Part shown: one piece after another, positions 38,824-48,044 of the stretch
How the letters are laid out: each line of letters begins with the position of its first letter
Numbering within the stretch: the first letter of the stretch is position 1
Origin: an uncultured Spirochaetales bacterium
GTDB taxonomy: Bacteria > Spirochaetota > Spirochaetia > Sphaerochaetales > Sphaerochaetaceae
NCBI GenBank assembly: GCA_934247875.1
Contig: CAKQJZ010000001.1
Location: 352 to 64,351 of the forward strand
Direction of reading: 5' to 3'
Length of the DNA: 64,000 bases
Position numbers and translations under genes: made by a program
The notes under the pieces: model-generated
What the model was told of the DNA's origin: nothing
Databases searched by the model: none
Seen by the model: the letters and a program-made list of their open reading frames with translations, nothing else

Positions 38824-39573
38824 ATGAATACAATCAATCAGTTGGAAGAAATAATCAAAAACGCAAAGAGTGGAAACAAGGCTGCGACTGTCATCTTAGT
38901 TGAATATTTAGAGCCACTGGCTAAGAAAGTAGCAGGCTATTATAGGAATAAGCTCTCTGATGGAGATGCTTACTATGATGATTTTTTCCAGGAAGCCAGA
39001 ATCGCGATTCTTAGTGCGATTGATAGGTTTGAAATCGGCAAAGGCAACTTCACTTGCTTTGCAGAGAATGCAATGAGAATGGGAATAAGAAAGTACCTCA
39101 CTGAGAATTATAGAGTAATCAAGCAGCCTAAAGGCAGGATAGAGAAGGTTGTCAAACTCAACAAGGCTTATCATGAGCTTGCGCTTTCTGGTGTTTCTCA
39201 GCCAAGCCATGAAGATCTGATGGCATTATCTGGCTTTACTCTCAAAGAGCTTAAAAAGGTAGAGCGCGATAGAGAACTGCAGCTTGTTGCATCATTGGAC
39301 TATGAGAATCAGGATGAAGAAGATAAGAATACTCTTCTGGATTTTCTTCCTTATTATGATAATTCAGATGATGAGATGCTGCTTGATGAGCTTGAGAGTG
39401 CGCTTTCATTGCTGGAAGAGAGAAAACGCACAGTGCTATGTTCTCTTTGGGGCGTATTTGGCTATGAGAAGAAGAGCACTAAAGAACTTGCTGAGCTTTA
39501 TTCTGTTTCAGCTGTGACAATCAAGAACTGGGAGAAGAATGCAATCGGAGAATTGCGAGTACAAGTTGCATAA
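38824..39573 (+). CDS. sigma-70 family RNA polymerase sigma factor (group 3-like, regions 2-3-4)
   Basis: Region 2 is FFQEARIAILSAIDRFEIGKGNFTCFAENAMRMGIRKYL. The region 4 HTH is STKELAELYSVSAVTIKNWEKNAIGELR. Confidence 0.85.
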   Translation: MNTINQLEEIIKNAKSGNKAATVILVEYLEPLAKKVAGYYRNKLSDGDAYYDDFFQEARIAILSAIDRFEIGKGNFTCFAENAMRMGIRKYLTENYRVIKQPKGRIEKVVKLNKAYHELALSGVSQPSHEDLMALSGFTLKELKKVERDRELQLVASLDYENQDEEDKNTLLDFLPYYDNSDDEMLLDELESALSLLEERKRTVLCSLWGVFGYEKKSTKELAELYSVSAVTIKNWEKNAIGELRVQVA

Positions 39574-39633
39574 TTCCAATATTCCGTTGCATAAACACCT
39601 TTTGCTAAATAATATAATGCGAGAGGATTTGAA

Positions 39634-40557
39634 ATGGATAATTCTGTAATATTGAAAGCAATCTCTTTCTTTGTAATGATTGCATTTGGCTATCTCTTCA
39701 AGCATTTTGGCTTGATTAAAAAAGAGTTTGGCAATGAACTTGCTGTTATTAGCATGAAGTTCTTTCTCCCTGCTGCAATCATGGCAAGCTTTGCAACATT
39801 CCAGATGGATTATTCTATGCTTATTCTGATTCTTTTCGGACTTGGTGGTGGCGTAATATTCCTTATTATCGGATACATCATAACAATCAATGGAAGCAGA
39901 GATGACCGCATTTACTATATGGTATCAGGCAACTCATATAACATAGGCAACTTTGTTCTTCCATTTGTATCATCCTTCTTTGGTCCTGTCGGCATTGTCT
40001 CAACATCTTTGTTCGACGCTGGAAACTCTGTAATGCTGCTTGGTATCAATTGCTCTGTTACTGAGATTCTTGTTGGAAATAACGGAGAGAAAAGACATGG
40101 AAAGCTTGCTTTCATTCTGAAGCGTCTTTTCTCAGCTCCTGCTTTTGATGCTTATGTTGTAATGGTCACATTGGCTCTATTGAATATAAAGCTTCCAAGT
40201 GCATTCTATTCAATTTGCTCAGAAATAGGCAAAGCCAATGGCCCGCTTGCAATGTTCATGATTGGTGCAATGCTTGAGATCCATTTTGATAAAAGCTATC
40301 TGAATATGACGCTGAAGATGCTTTTAATCAGAGGCTTGGTATCTGCATTTCTGATGTTCATAATCTCACGTCTGACTTTCCTGCCAGATGAAGCTAGAAT
40401 AGCTGGAATGATTATCGTATGGTCACCAATTGGAAGTGCATCTGCTGCTAACACTGCAATCCTTGGCGGCAACACGGCAATAGGCGCATTCGTAAACACG
40501 ATGTCGCTTCTCTGTTCTCTGATAATAATGCCGACACTTGTTCTATTGCTTCATTAA
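39634..40557 (+). CDS. AEC (auxin efflux carrier) family transporter
   Basis: The 307-aa ORF has about 10 hydrophobic helices and an AEC-like two-half organisation. Confidence 0.8.
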   Translation: MDNSVILKAISFFVMIAFGYLFKHFGLIKKEFGNELAVISMKFFLPAAIMASFATFQMDYSMLILILFGLGGGVIFLIIGYIITINGSRDDRIYYMVSGNSYNIGNFVLPFVSSFFGPVGIVSTSLFDAGNSVMLLGINCSVTEILVGNNGEKRHGKLAFILKRLFSAPAFDAYVVMVTLALLNIKLPSAFYSICSEIGKANGPLAMFMIGAMLEIHFDKSYLNMTLKMLLIRGLVSAFLMFIISRLTFLPDEARIAGMIIVWSPIGSASAANTAILGGNTAIGAFVNTMSLLCSLIIMPTLVLLLH

Positions 40558-40573
40558 CGATAAACTTTTTTAT

Positions 40574-41266
40574 GTGATAAAGAAGTTTTCAATAATTGTT
40601 GTCTTTCTTTTTGTTCTCATCTCATGCAAATCAGCAAAGAGCATAAATGAAAGAGATGCTATATATATTACAAGAGCTGAAAGTGCGATTTTGAAGCTAG
40701 CTGAAGATATATCAATATATTCAGAAGACAGTGCTATCGATCTCGATACAATAGAGAATTATCTTCCATCTTCATATCTTTCATATAAAGATTATTCTCC
40801 GATTTATAGTGAAGTTAAGAAAAACTACATAGATCAAGTTGATAATATCCTCTCAATGGAAAATGAGAAGCTTGATGCTCTATTCTTATCATATAGCAAT
40901 GACTACATAAACATCGCAGATTCTTTAATATCATCAGATACTGCGCTTGTCGATAAAGTCCGAGGAGACCATTATCTCGATTTTGTCAAAACACTAAATG
41001 ATAATCTTGAATCATCTGAAGAGCTAAAAGCTGCATTTGATCCTTCTTATGTCAGCTTCACATCATTAAGCGCAGCATATAAGCGACTGGCAGATATCGG
41101 CGTTGATATCTCAATACCGCTTCCTGATCCTATCGATATAAGGCGTCTTAGTTCTGTATATATCTCATCTTATTTTGAACGCTTATCACTCTATGAACGT
41201 CAGATAAAGAATACACGAATCGACTATTCAGAGGACGCTGTCTACTCAATCTTCTGGGAGGAATGA
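40574..41266 (+). CDS. lipoprotein, function unknown
   Basis: A GTG start gives MIKKFSIIVVFLFVLISC (lipobox). Its stop overlaps the rarA start. Confidence 0.55.
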   Translation: MIKKFSIIVVFLFVLISCKSAKSINERDAIYITRAESAILKLAEDISIYSEDSAIDLDTIENYLPSSYLSYKDYSPIYSEVKKNYIDQVDNILSMENEKLDALFLSYSNDYINIADSLISSDTALVDKVRGDHYLDFVKTLNDNLESSEELKAAFDPSYVSFTSLSAAYKRLADIGVDISIPLPDPIDIRRLSSVYISSYFERLSLYERQIKNTRIDYSEDAVYSIFWEE

Positions 41267-43461
41267 TGGAAGATCTCTTTTCTTCTACACAAATAAGCAA
41301 TGAGCCTTTAGCCTCTAGAATGAGGCCAAGGAACCTCAATGAATATATAGGCCAAGATCATATTCTTGGAAAAGGCAGGCTCTTAAGGCGTGCTATACAG
41401 GCAGATCAGCTTTCTTCTGTCATTCTTTATGGACCTCCTGGAACAGGCAAGACTACGCTTGCTCGTGTTATAGCTAACTCTACTAAGAGTCATTTCTCAA
41501 CGCTCAATGCAGTGCTTTCGGGTGTCAAAGAACTGCGCGATGAGATAAAAGAAGCCAAAGAACGCAGAGATTGCTATGGAGAGCGCACAATACTATTCAT
41601 CGATGAAGTTCATAGGTGGAACAAAAGCCAGCAAGATGCGCTCCTTCCATGGGTTGAAAATGGTACATTCATACTCATTGGAGCAACAACTGAAAACCCA
41701 TACTTTGAAGTAAACGCTGCGCTTGTATCACGCTCTAGGATATTTCAGCTCAAGAAGCTTACAGATGAGAATCTCTTAGAAATCGCTAAGCAGGCTATAA
41801 GCGATAAAGAGCGTGGCTATGGCAGATATGATGTAGAGTTTGAAGATGGTGCACTTGAACATCTTGTGAATGTGTCAGCAGGAGATGCCAGAACGCTTTT
41901 GAATGCATTAGAGCTCGCTGTTGAGACAACTCCTGACGTGTTTCCGCCACCTCCTGGCACTCTTATATATATTTCAAAAGAAGCTGCTGAAGAGTCTATA
42001 CAGAAGAAGGCAGTCTTATATGATAAAGAGGGTGATTATCACTTCGATGTAATCTCTGCATTCATAAAGTCATTGAGAGGATCAGATCCAGATGCTGCGC
42101 TATATTGGCTTGCTCGTATGGTAAGTGCAGGAGAAGATGCAAGATTCATATTCCGCCGCATGCTCATATCTGCTTGCGAAGATGTCAGCCTTGCAGATCC
42201 TAATGCTATTTCTGTTGTTGAAGCAGATGCTGCAGCTTTTGACCGAATAGGGCTTCCAGAAGGGCGCTTTCATCTTGCTCATGCTGCGCTATACCTTGCA
42301 ACATGTCCAAAGAGCAACAGTACTTTAGGCTTCTTTGATGCTCTTTCTGATGTTGAGCGGGAAAAGAATGATGAAGTTCCGAATCATTTGAAAGATGCAA
42401 GCCGTGATAAAGATAGCTTTGGACATGGAGAGGGCTACTTGTATCCTCATAGCTATAAAGATCATTGGGTTGCTCAGCAATATCTTCCAACAGGACTTCA
42501 GGGAAAGATCTACTATAAGCCATCTGCTATGGGCTATGAAGAGAAGATCCGTGATACTGTCTTCATGCATAGAGAAGCCCAGCTTGAATCTGTGACAGAG
42601 AATCTCTATAGAGAAGTACTTACATTCTCTCCAGGAGAAAAAGAGCGCAATAAGTGGATAGAGAGAGCAATGTCGAATAGATCTACTATGCTTTATAAGA
42701 ACATGCAGCGCTTATATGAGAATATTGATCTGGATAGATATAGCAATGTGCTTACTTTGAATGCCTCTCATGGTCTTTTGCTCTGGCCGCTTTTGAAGCG
42801 TACTCCAGAAGGACTCTCTATTGCACAGGTAAACAAGAGTGAAGAGAAGGAGATAATCGAGCACTTTACAGAGGAGCTTGATCTACTCTCCCGTCCTCTT
42901 GTCATTGTATCTTCTCCGAGTGATATCTTTGATGAAATTGAAGAAGGAACCAGATTCAGAGTAATCTCTGGACGCAATGTGCTCACGCATTTCAGTTCTG
43001 CTCCGTCTCTTATAGAGAGAATGAAATCATTCTTGGAAGCTGAAGGCGAGATAGCGCTCATGGAAGCTATACCTTCTTTATCTTCGCGTCTTTCAGATTT
43101 TGCTGAAGAGAGTGCAAAAGCTCCTCTTATAATGGCTGAGAAAGAAATCTACAAAGGGGAGATTGCATCGTGGGGCAAAGCAGAGCTTGAAGATTTAGTC
43201 AATAAGGAACTTCCAGGCTCTGAGATTATATATATAGAAGTCAAAGAAGAGCGTCTTCTTAAACGCGATAACCTTCTCACTTGGTATAAGAACAGCTATT
43301 TATGCTCTGCGCTCGATGAAGATAAGTTCATAGCTCTTTTTGAGAATAAAACAGTAGAGTGGAAGAATGTTGTAGCTCTTATCCGCTATGGCTTCAAAGC
43401 GCATGAAGAGGCAAAAGAAGATAAGACATGGAAAGAAGTTCACGAAAAAACATCAATCTGA
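41263..43461 (+). CDS. rarA: replication-associated recombination protein A (RarA/MgsA AAA+ ATPase) fused to a roughly 290-aa C-terminal domain of unknown function
   Basis: The Walker A motif is GPPGTGKTT and the Walker B motif is FIDEVHRWNK. An MgsA_C-like region (SDPDAALYWLARM) is present. The protein is 732 aa, against roughly 420-450 aa for typical RarA. Confidence 0.9.
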   Translation: MMEDLFSSTQISNEPLASRMRPRNLNEYIGQDHILGKGRLLRRAIQADQLSSVILYGPPGTGKTTLARVIANSTKSHFSTLNAVLSGVKELRDEIKEAKERRDCYGERTILFIDEVHRWNKSQQDALLPWVENGTFILIGATTENPYFEVNAALVSRSRIFQLKKLTDENLLEIAKQAISDKERGYGRYDVEFEDGALEHLVNVSAGDARTLLNALELAVETTPDVFPPPPGTLIYISKEAAEESIQKKAVLYDKEGDYHFDVISAFIKSLRGSDPDAALYWLARMVSAGEDARFIFRRMLISACEDVSLADPNAISVVEADAAAFDRIGLPEGRFHLAHAALYLATCPKSNSTLGFFDALSDVEREKNDEVPNHLKDASRDKDSFGHGEGYLYPHSYKDHWVAQQYLPTGLQGKIYYKPSAMGYEEKIRDTVFMHREAQLESVTENLYREVLTFSPGEKERNKWIERAMSNRSTMLYKNMQRLYENIDLDRYSNVLTLNASHGLLLWPLLKRTPEGLSIAQVNKSEEKEIIEHFTEELDLLSRPLVIVSSPSDIFDEIEEGTRFRVISGRNVLTHFSSAPSLIERMKSFLEAEGEIALMEAIPSLSSRLSDFAEESAKAPLIMAEKEIYKGEIASWGKAELEDLVNKELPGSEIIYIEVKEERLLKRDNLLTWYKNSYLCSALDEDKFIALFENKTVEWKNVVALIRYGFKAHEEAKEDKTWKEVHEKTSI

Positions 43462-43469
43462 TTCCGGAA

Positions 43470-44444
43470 CTAAAGTAGCTTTCCAAGCTTTGCATCTTCT
43501 ATAGCTTCTTTGATTGTATATGTCCATCCGCTGCTAGCAAGCTCTTCAATCATCAATGCTATAGCTATCTCATCATCATTCAGATTGATAGGGTAGTATG
43601 GATTTATATATAAAGTCTTATCTCCAAGAGTTACATGCGAGAGTGTCAGTGCGCCATTTATCTTGCTTGATGCTCTGTTGAATATGAATGGGACTTTATG
43701 AGGATATCCATCGTCTCCTATGTAGCAAACAGAGCTTTCAGTAATAGTGCCTTTCTCTCCTCTGATCTCAATAGTTGATGGGATTATCTCGCTATGATAC
43801 TGGTTAGAAGAAAAGTCATTTATGAAGATCTCTCCTGATTCGTACTCTATTGAAGCAATCTTACGCTTATATTCTTCTTTTCCTTCACTGACTAATAGTC
43901 CTGCTCTGGATCCAGTCTTGATGCATGATGCTTTATGATCTGCTAATGTTTTGACTTCTTTGATTCGTTTTTCATTGAAAATAAGATGAGCAATAGATGC
44001 TGCATGATGGTTATGGAGTGCTGAGAGATATACGCTATCAATAGTTCCAATCAAAGGAAGAGCTTTATATATAGATGCATAGAGCGGTGTATGTGAGTAT
44101 TGCTCTAAAGTGAATCCAGGAATGTTAGCGTAGATATAATCCAGTTCTTCATCGCTGAGTTTAAGAAAAGAAGTCTCTGTAACAATCTTCTCTCCTCTCT
44201 CATGCAGTTCCTTAAGCAAAGATACAAAGCCTTCGTTGCCACTTGAGACAATAACGAAGTCATGTTCAGTCTTCAAAGCGTCATCAAGCGATGTATAGAC
44301 ACTGAAGCCTTTCTCTTCAAATATTGCTTTTCTCTCTTCGCTTCTTGTATATATAGCTGAAAGCTTGAAATGAGGAATGAGAGCAGCAAGCCTCATATAG
44401 AACTCAGCTCTCCATCCTGTACCGCATAAAACGTAAGTAATCAT
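43470..44444 (-). CDS. Gfo/Idh/MocA-like NAD(P)-binding oxidoreductase (tentative)
   Basis: The N-terminal Rossmann-like pattern is MITYVLCGTGWRAEFY...AIYTRSEERK...DFVIVSS. Confidence 0.55.
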   Translation of the reverse strand: MITYVLCGTGWRAEFYMRLAALIPHFKLSAIYTRSEERKAIFEEKGFSVYTSLDDALKTEHDFVIVSSGNEGFVSLLKELHERGEKIVTETSFLKLSDEELDYIYANIPGFTLEQYSHTPLYASIYKALPLIGTIDSVYLSALHNHHAASIAHLIFNEKRIKEVKTLADHKASCIKTGSRAGLLVSEGKEEYKRKIASIEYESGEIFINDFSSNQYHSEIIPSTIEIRGEKGTITESSVCYIGDDGYPHKVPFIFNRASSKINGALTLSHVTLGDKTLYINPYYPINLNDDEIAIALMIEELASSGWTYTIKEAIEDAKLGKLL

Positions 44445-44470
44445 GGTGACAGTATAGCATGCAGCGGCAT

Positions 44471-44496
44471 AAAAAAAGAGACATCATAGATGTCTC
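44471..44496 (-). terminator. terminator of the tRNA operon
   Basis: A stem pairs GAGACATC with GATGTCTC (44478-44496). On the minus strand it is followed by T7 (plus-strand A7 at 44471-44477). Confidence 0.6.
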
Positions 44497-44499
44497 ATT

Positions 44500-44579
44500 T
44501 GCGAGAGGCGGGACTCGAACCCGCACACCGAGGTACTAGTTCCTAAGACTAGCGTGTATACCAATTTCACCACTCTCGC
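44500..44579 (-). tRNA. tRNA-Leu (anticodon TAG)
   Basis: A manual cloverleaf gives acceptor GCGAGAG/CTCTCGC, anticodon loop CTTAGGA, an 11-nt variable arm and T-loop TTCGAGT. CCA is not encoded. Confidence 0.92.
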
Positions 44580-44589
44580 ATACACGTCT

Positions 44590-44662
44590 TGCGCCCTACA
44601 AGACTCGAACTTGCAACCTGCGGATTCGAAGTCCGACGCTCTATCCATTGAGCTAAAGGCGC
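44590..44662 (-). tRNA. tRNA-Arg (anticodon TCG)
   Basis: A manual cloverleaf gives acceptor GCGCCTT/AGGGCGC, anticodon loop CTTCGAA and T-loop TTCGAGT. CCA is not encoded. Confidence 0.92.
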
Positions 44663-44679
44663 ATCCCCTTATAGGGTAG

Positions 44680-44752
44680 GGTGGAAGAAGGGGTTCGAAC
44701 CCTCGACAGGAAGATCCACAATCTTCTGCTCTACCACTGAACTACTTCCACC
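44680..44752 (-). tRNA. tRNA-His (anticodon GTG)
   Basis: A manual cloverleaf shows the extra G-1 paired to C73, anticodon loop TTGTGGA and T-loop TTCGAAC. Confidence 0.92.
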
Positions 44753-44785
44753 ATATCAAAAGTGCAAAGTACACTTTCAACAGCA

Positions 44786-44816
44786 ATACTATGACGAAAT
44801 ATCAAAATCTTGTCAA
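44786..44816 (-). promoter_or_regulatory. sigma70-like promoter of the tRNA operon
   Basis: On the minus strand TTGACA (44816-44811) is followed by a 19-nt spacer and TAGTAT (44791-44786). This lies about 35 nt upstream of tRNA-His. Confidence 0.4.
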
Positions 44817-44858
44817 CAGTTTTTATTTCTTTTTTAAGAAACAATTTGCTTAAATAAT

Positions 44859-44881
44859 AGTGATATAAAAGCTATATCACT
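44859..44881 (-). terminator. hairpin after the aminopeptidase gene
   Basis: A 9-bp stem pairs AGTGATATA with TATATCACT around a 5-nt loop. The T-tract is weak (ATTATTT on the minus strand). Confidence 0.4.
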
Positions 44882-44898
44882 ATCATAGAGTTATTATA

Positions 44899-46176
44899 TT
44901 ATTTACATAGAAAAACATAGAATAGATTCTGAAGTGCTGTTATATCCTTAGTACCTGCTGTTTCGTAGCATGAATGCATAGCAAGCTGAGCAAGTCCTAC
45001 ATCTGCAGTTCTGATTGAGATCTTCTGAGATGAGAGGTTGCCAAGAGTTGAGCCCCCAGGTACATCTGAGTTATTGACGAAGTACTGATATGGAATATTA
45101 TTATCTTCCATAAGCGCTTTGAGATATGAGCCGCTCTCTCCATCAGTTGTGTATTTCTGATTAGCTGCGTATTTGAGAAGCACTCCGCCATTCATTCTTG
45201 GCTTATTTGTAATATCACATTTTTCTGGGTAGTTAGGGTGCATAGCGTGGCCATTATCTGCGCTTATAACTCTGCTATTTGCAATGAGAATATCTTTCTC
45301 TTCCTCTTTAATGCCTAGTGATAAGCAAATCCTATCTATTGTCTTTACTAAGAAATCAGATAGTGCGCCTTGCTTGGTACCGCTTCCTGTCTCTTCGTTA
45401 TCAAATAGAGCTGCGATTGCAATATTCTTATCAGGTGTTGCTCTTAAGAGTGATCTGAATGCGCTGAATGAACACTCTAAGTCGTCGATAGCAGGAGATG
45501 AGAAGAACTCTTTACCTGCACCCCAGATTACGCTTTGTGTTTTGTTATATAAGAATAGGTCATAATCAAGGATGTTCTCTTTATTGCATTCTGCATGTTC
45601 TGCTAGCTTATCCATGAATGAAATATCACTATCAGAGTCAGAGAAGATAGGCATGAACTCTTTCTGGATAGAGTACTTTATTCCATTGTTTGCATCTCTA
45701 TTCTGGTGGATAGCAAGGTTTACTATCTGAACCATATCATCTTTGAAGTCTACAAGACGCTCTTCAATCTTATTGTTTTTTCTGATGAATACTCTTCCTG
45801 CAATAGATAGAGGTCTATCAAACCAAGGTGCAAGCAATAAGCCGCCATATGCTTCGACATTCAGTCTAGTTGCGCTATTCTCGCACTTTACTTCAGGATT
45901 AGGCTTAATCTTGAAGCATGGGCTATCTGTATGAGCAGAAACAATATGCATGCCATCAAACTCATTTGGCACTTTGAATGCGATTATTGCGCTGTTGTTT
46001 CTTTTGATAAAATAAGATTTGCCTTTTTCAAGGTTGAAAGGCTTAGTCTCAGAAAGCTCTATAAAGCCATCTTCAGACATCTTATCTTCCATATTCTTGA
46101 TTACATGAAATGTAGAAGGGCTATTTGATACGAAATCAATAAACTCTTCAGTTGCTTTGATAAATTCTTGTTCCAT
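44899..46176 (-). CDS. M18 family aminopeptidase
   Basis: The motifs SPSTFH, SAHTDSPCFKIKPN and FDNEETGS are typical of M18 (aspartyl aminopeptidase-like) enzymes. Confidence 0.88.
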   Translation of the reverse strand: MEQEFIKATEEFIDFVSNSPSTFHVIKNMEDKMSEDGFIELSETKPFNLEKGKSYFIKRNNSAIIAFKVPNEFDGMHIVSAHTDSPCFKIKPNPEVKCENSATRLNVEAYGGLLLAPWFDRPLSIAGRVFIRKNNKIEERLVDFKDDMVQIVNLAIHQNRDANNGIKYSIQKEFMPIFSDSDSDISFMDKLAEHAECNKENILDYDLFLYNKTQSVIWGAGKEFFSSPAIDDLECSFSAFRSLLRATPDKNIAIAALFDNEETGSGTKQGALSDFLVKTIDRICLSLGIKEEEKDILIANSRVISADNGHAMHPNYPEKCDITNKPRMNGGVLLKYAANQKYTTDGESGSYLKALMEDNNIPYQYFVNNSDVPGGSTLGNLSSQKISIRTADVGLAQLAMHSCYETAGTKDITALQNLFYVFLCK

Positions 46177-46217
46177 GGAATCAGTTTAGCACTTTAGAAA
46201 ATTCTTTTATAGAAATA

Positions 46218-47996
46218 TCAGAAGGTATATCTGCAACCTGCCATAATCTCATAGTCAAACTCAAAAGGAATGTATGGATCATTATTCATGTTCCATACAT
46301 TGTAGAATGTCATAGAAGACAGTATGTCGAAGTTTTTAGAAATGCTATATGCGCCGCCTGATGTGACTCTAAGTGAGTATTGAGTTGTTCCTCCGAGTGC
46401 TTTCAGAAATGGATATATAGTTCTATCTCCATCTTTTCTTGAGTATCTGCTCATTAAGTTAACAGGGCCTTTTGCATTGAATTCTGCTTCTAAGCCAAGC
46501 GTCCAATCATCTATCGATACATAAGAGAGTGCAAATAGGAAATTGAATGCATTGCAGCCATATGGATAGCCAAGATACGTCAGGTCATATACTCCATGGT
46601 TTGATCTCTGGTTTCTGATTGCAACTATATAGTTCAATGTATAGCCAGTGTCATAGTTGCTATCTCTGAGATATAGTGCAGGGCTAGTGAATGTTGCTTC
46701 AATAGTGCTCTTTAAGAATCCATTTGAGATAGGAGTTGCTGTTTTCAGTCCCAGCTGAATGCCAACAGCATCTGGCTTCGCATCATCTCCAGCTTCGCTT
46801 GCATGCTTTTTCTCTCCTGGTATATTGAGGTCATCTATCACAATCGCAACGCTTTGCTCAATGCCTTTTGTAAATACATAATCCCACTCAAGAGAGAGTA
46901 TAGAGTTTGAGTTGCCTGCAATATATAGATTATGGAAGAACATCAAAGGATTTAAGACCTGAAGATCTACAATGCCTTTATCATTTTGATATATTATTGC
47001 CTCTTCAAGTGCCAGTCTTGATTTTCTGTCTTTTGAGATCCATTCGATTCTATGATCTAAGAGCATCTTAACGCCAGTAAATGCATCTGTGTTCTGATCA
47101 AAATATCTTTTGAGGTTAAGTGTTGTTGATGAATCAGAGACATCCATCTTTGCCTCATATTGATCTGGGTAAGGGAAGAAGGATGCTAAGAAGTTTACTT
47201 TAAGCGATGGCGTGAACGCTGAGACATTGAGCGCACTGTGGTATGGAAGGTGTCCATCTACTATGAAGTTGCCTGTCTTACCGCTTCCAAAGCTATATTG
47301 TTCTCGTCCAAGCTCAAGATTCCACCACTCATTGCCAATGCTTATGAAAGCTCTATAAGGGAAGTTGAAATTGAAGTCTTCATAGCTGAATGAATAGAAT
47401 GATGATACAAATGGAATGTTGTTTATGAAGTGAGTCGAGCCAAATGGGACTAATGTATGAACAGAGTTCTCAATAGGCAGCTCAAAGTGAAGCGCTGCAT
47501 TGCTCTTTATTATCAGGTCGAGGCCTACAGTCATGAATTTGTCTTTTCTTATAGTGTTTGATAGCTCATCTGAAAAAGGCGAGTAGCTTTTTGTGTATTC
47601 TTCTGTTGGCTTATCTTTATCGTCGTATGTGATATCATCCCTGAATTTCGTGTTTGTATGAAAGAAAACCTCTGGGTTGATGAGGCCGCGTGTTGAGAAG
47701 TTGTAGACATTGTCATTGTTGCCCAGTGCTACTTGCTTTAAGAGCTTATTGTATATTGCTCTTTCACTATCTCTCATCTTCTCATTTTCGATTGATTTCA
47801 GATAAACAATCGCTTCATTGGCGCTATAAGGTCTTGTTTTTGATACAGCCTTTCCAAGAGATAGGAACAGCAAATCCATCTCACTATAGAAATCATCAGA
47901 CAGCTTTATTATCGCAGTCCCTCCGATTGGAAGAGAGAATAGGGGGTAATTTATTATAATCAAAATAGTTAATATAAGTAGGAATGTTTTCTTCAT
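46218..47996 (-). CDS. outer-membrane beta-barrel protein, function unknown (possibly Wzi-like)
   Basis: There is a signal peptide. Beta-strand-like alternation runs throughout, and the C-terminus is ...GCRYTF. The Wzi-like idea rests only on size and the N-terminal helical segment. Confidence 0.6.
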   Translation of the reverse strand: MKKTFLLILTILIIINYPLFSLPIGGTAIIKLSDDFYSEMDLLFLSLGKAVSKTRPYSANEAIVYLKSIENEKMRDSERAIYNKLLKQVALGNNDNVYNFSTRGLINPEVFFHTNTKFRDDITYDDKDKPTEEYTKSYSPFSDELSNTIRKDKFMTVGLDLIIKSNAALHFELPIENSVHTLVPFGSTHFINNIPFVSSFYSFSYEDFNFNFPYRAFISIGNEWWNLELGREQYSFGSGKTGNFIVDGHLPYHSALNVSAFTPSLKVNFLASFFPYPDQYEAKMDVSDSSTTLNLKRYFDQNTDAFTGVKMLLDHRIEWISKDRKSRLALEEAIIYQNDKGIVDLQVLNPLMFFHNLYIAGNSNSILSLEWDYVFTKGIEQSVAIVIDDLNIPGEKKHASEAGDDAKPDAVGIQLGLKTATPISNGFLKSTIEATFTSPALYLRDSNYDTGYTLNYIVAIRNQRSNHGVYDLTYLGYPYGCNAFNFLFALSYVSIDDWTLGLEAEFNAKGPVNLMSRYSRKDGDRTIYPFLKALGGTTQYSLRVTSGGAYSISKNFDILSSMTFYNVWNMNNDPYIPFEFDYEIMAGCRYTF

Positions 47997-48044
47997 CGAT
48001 ATACTATTTATTCATTTATAGCAAAAATGTTCAACCTCTCTTAT

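Noticed and set aside
46186-46194. TTAGCACTT resembles a CIRCE half-site (TTAGCACTC).
   Set aside because: No inverted partner GAGTGCTAA occurs 9 nt away, and the site is not upstream of a chaperone gene.
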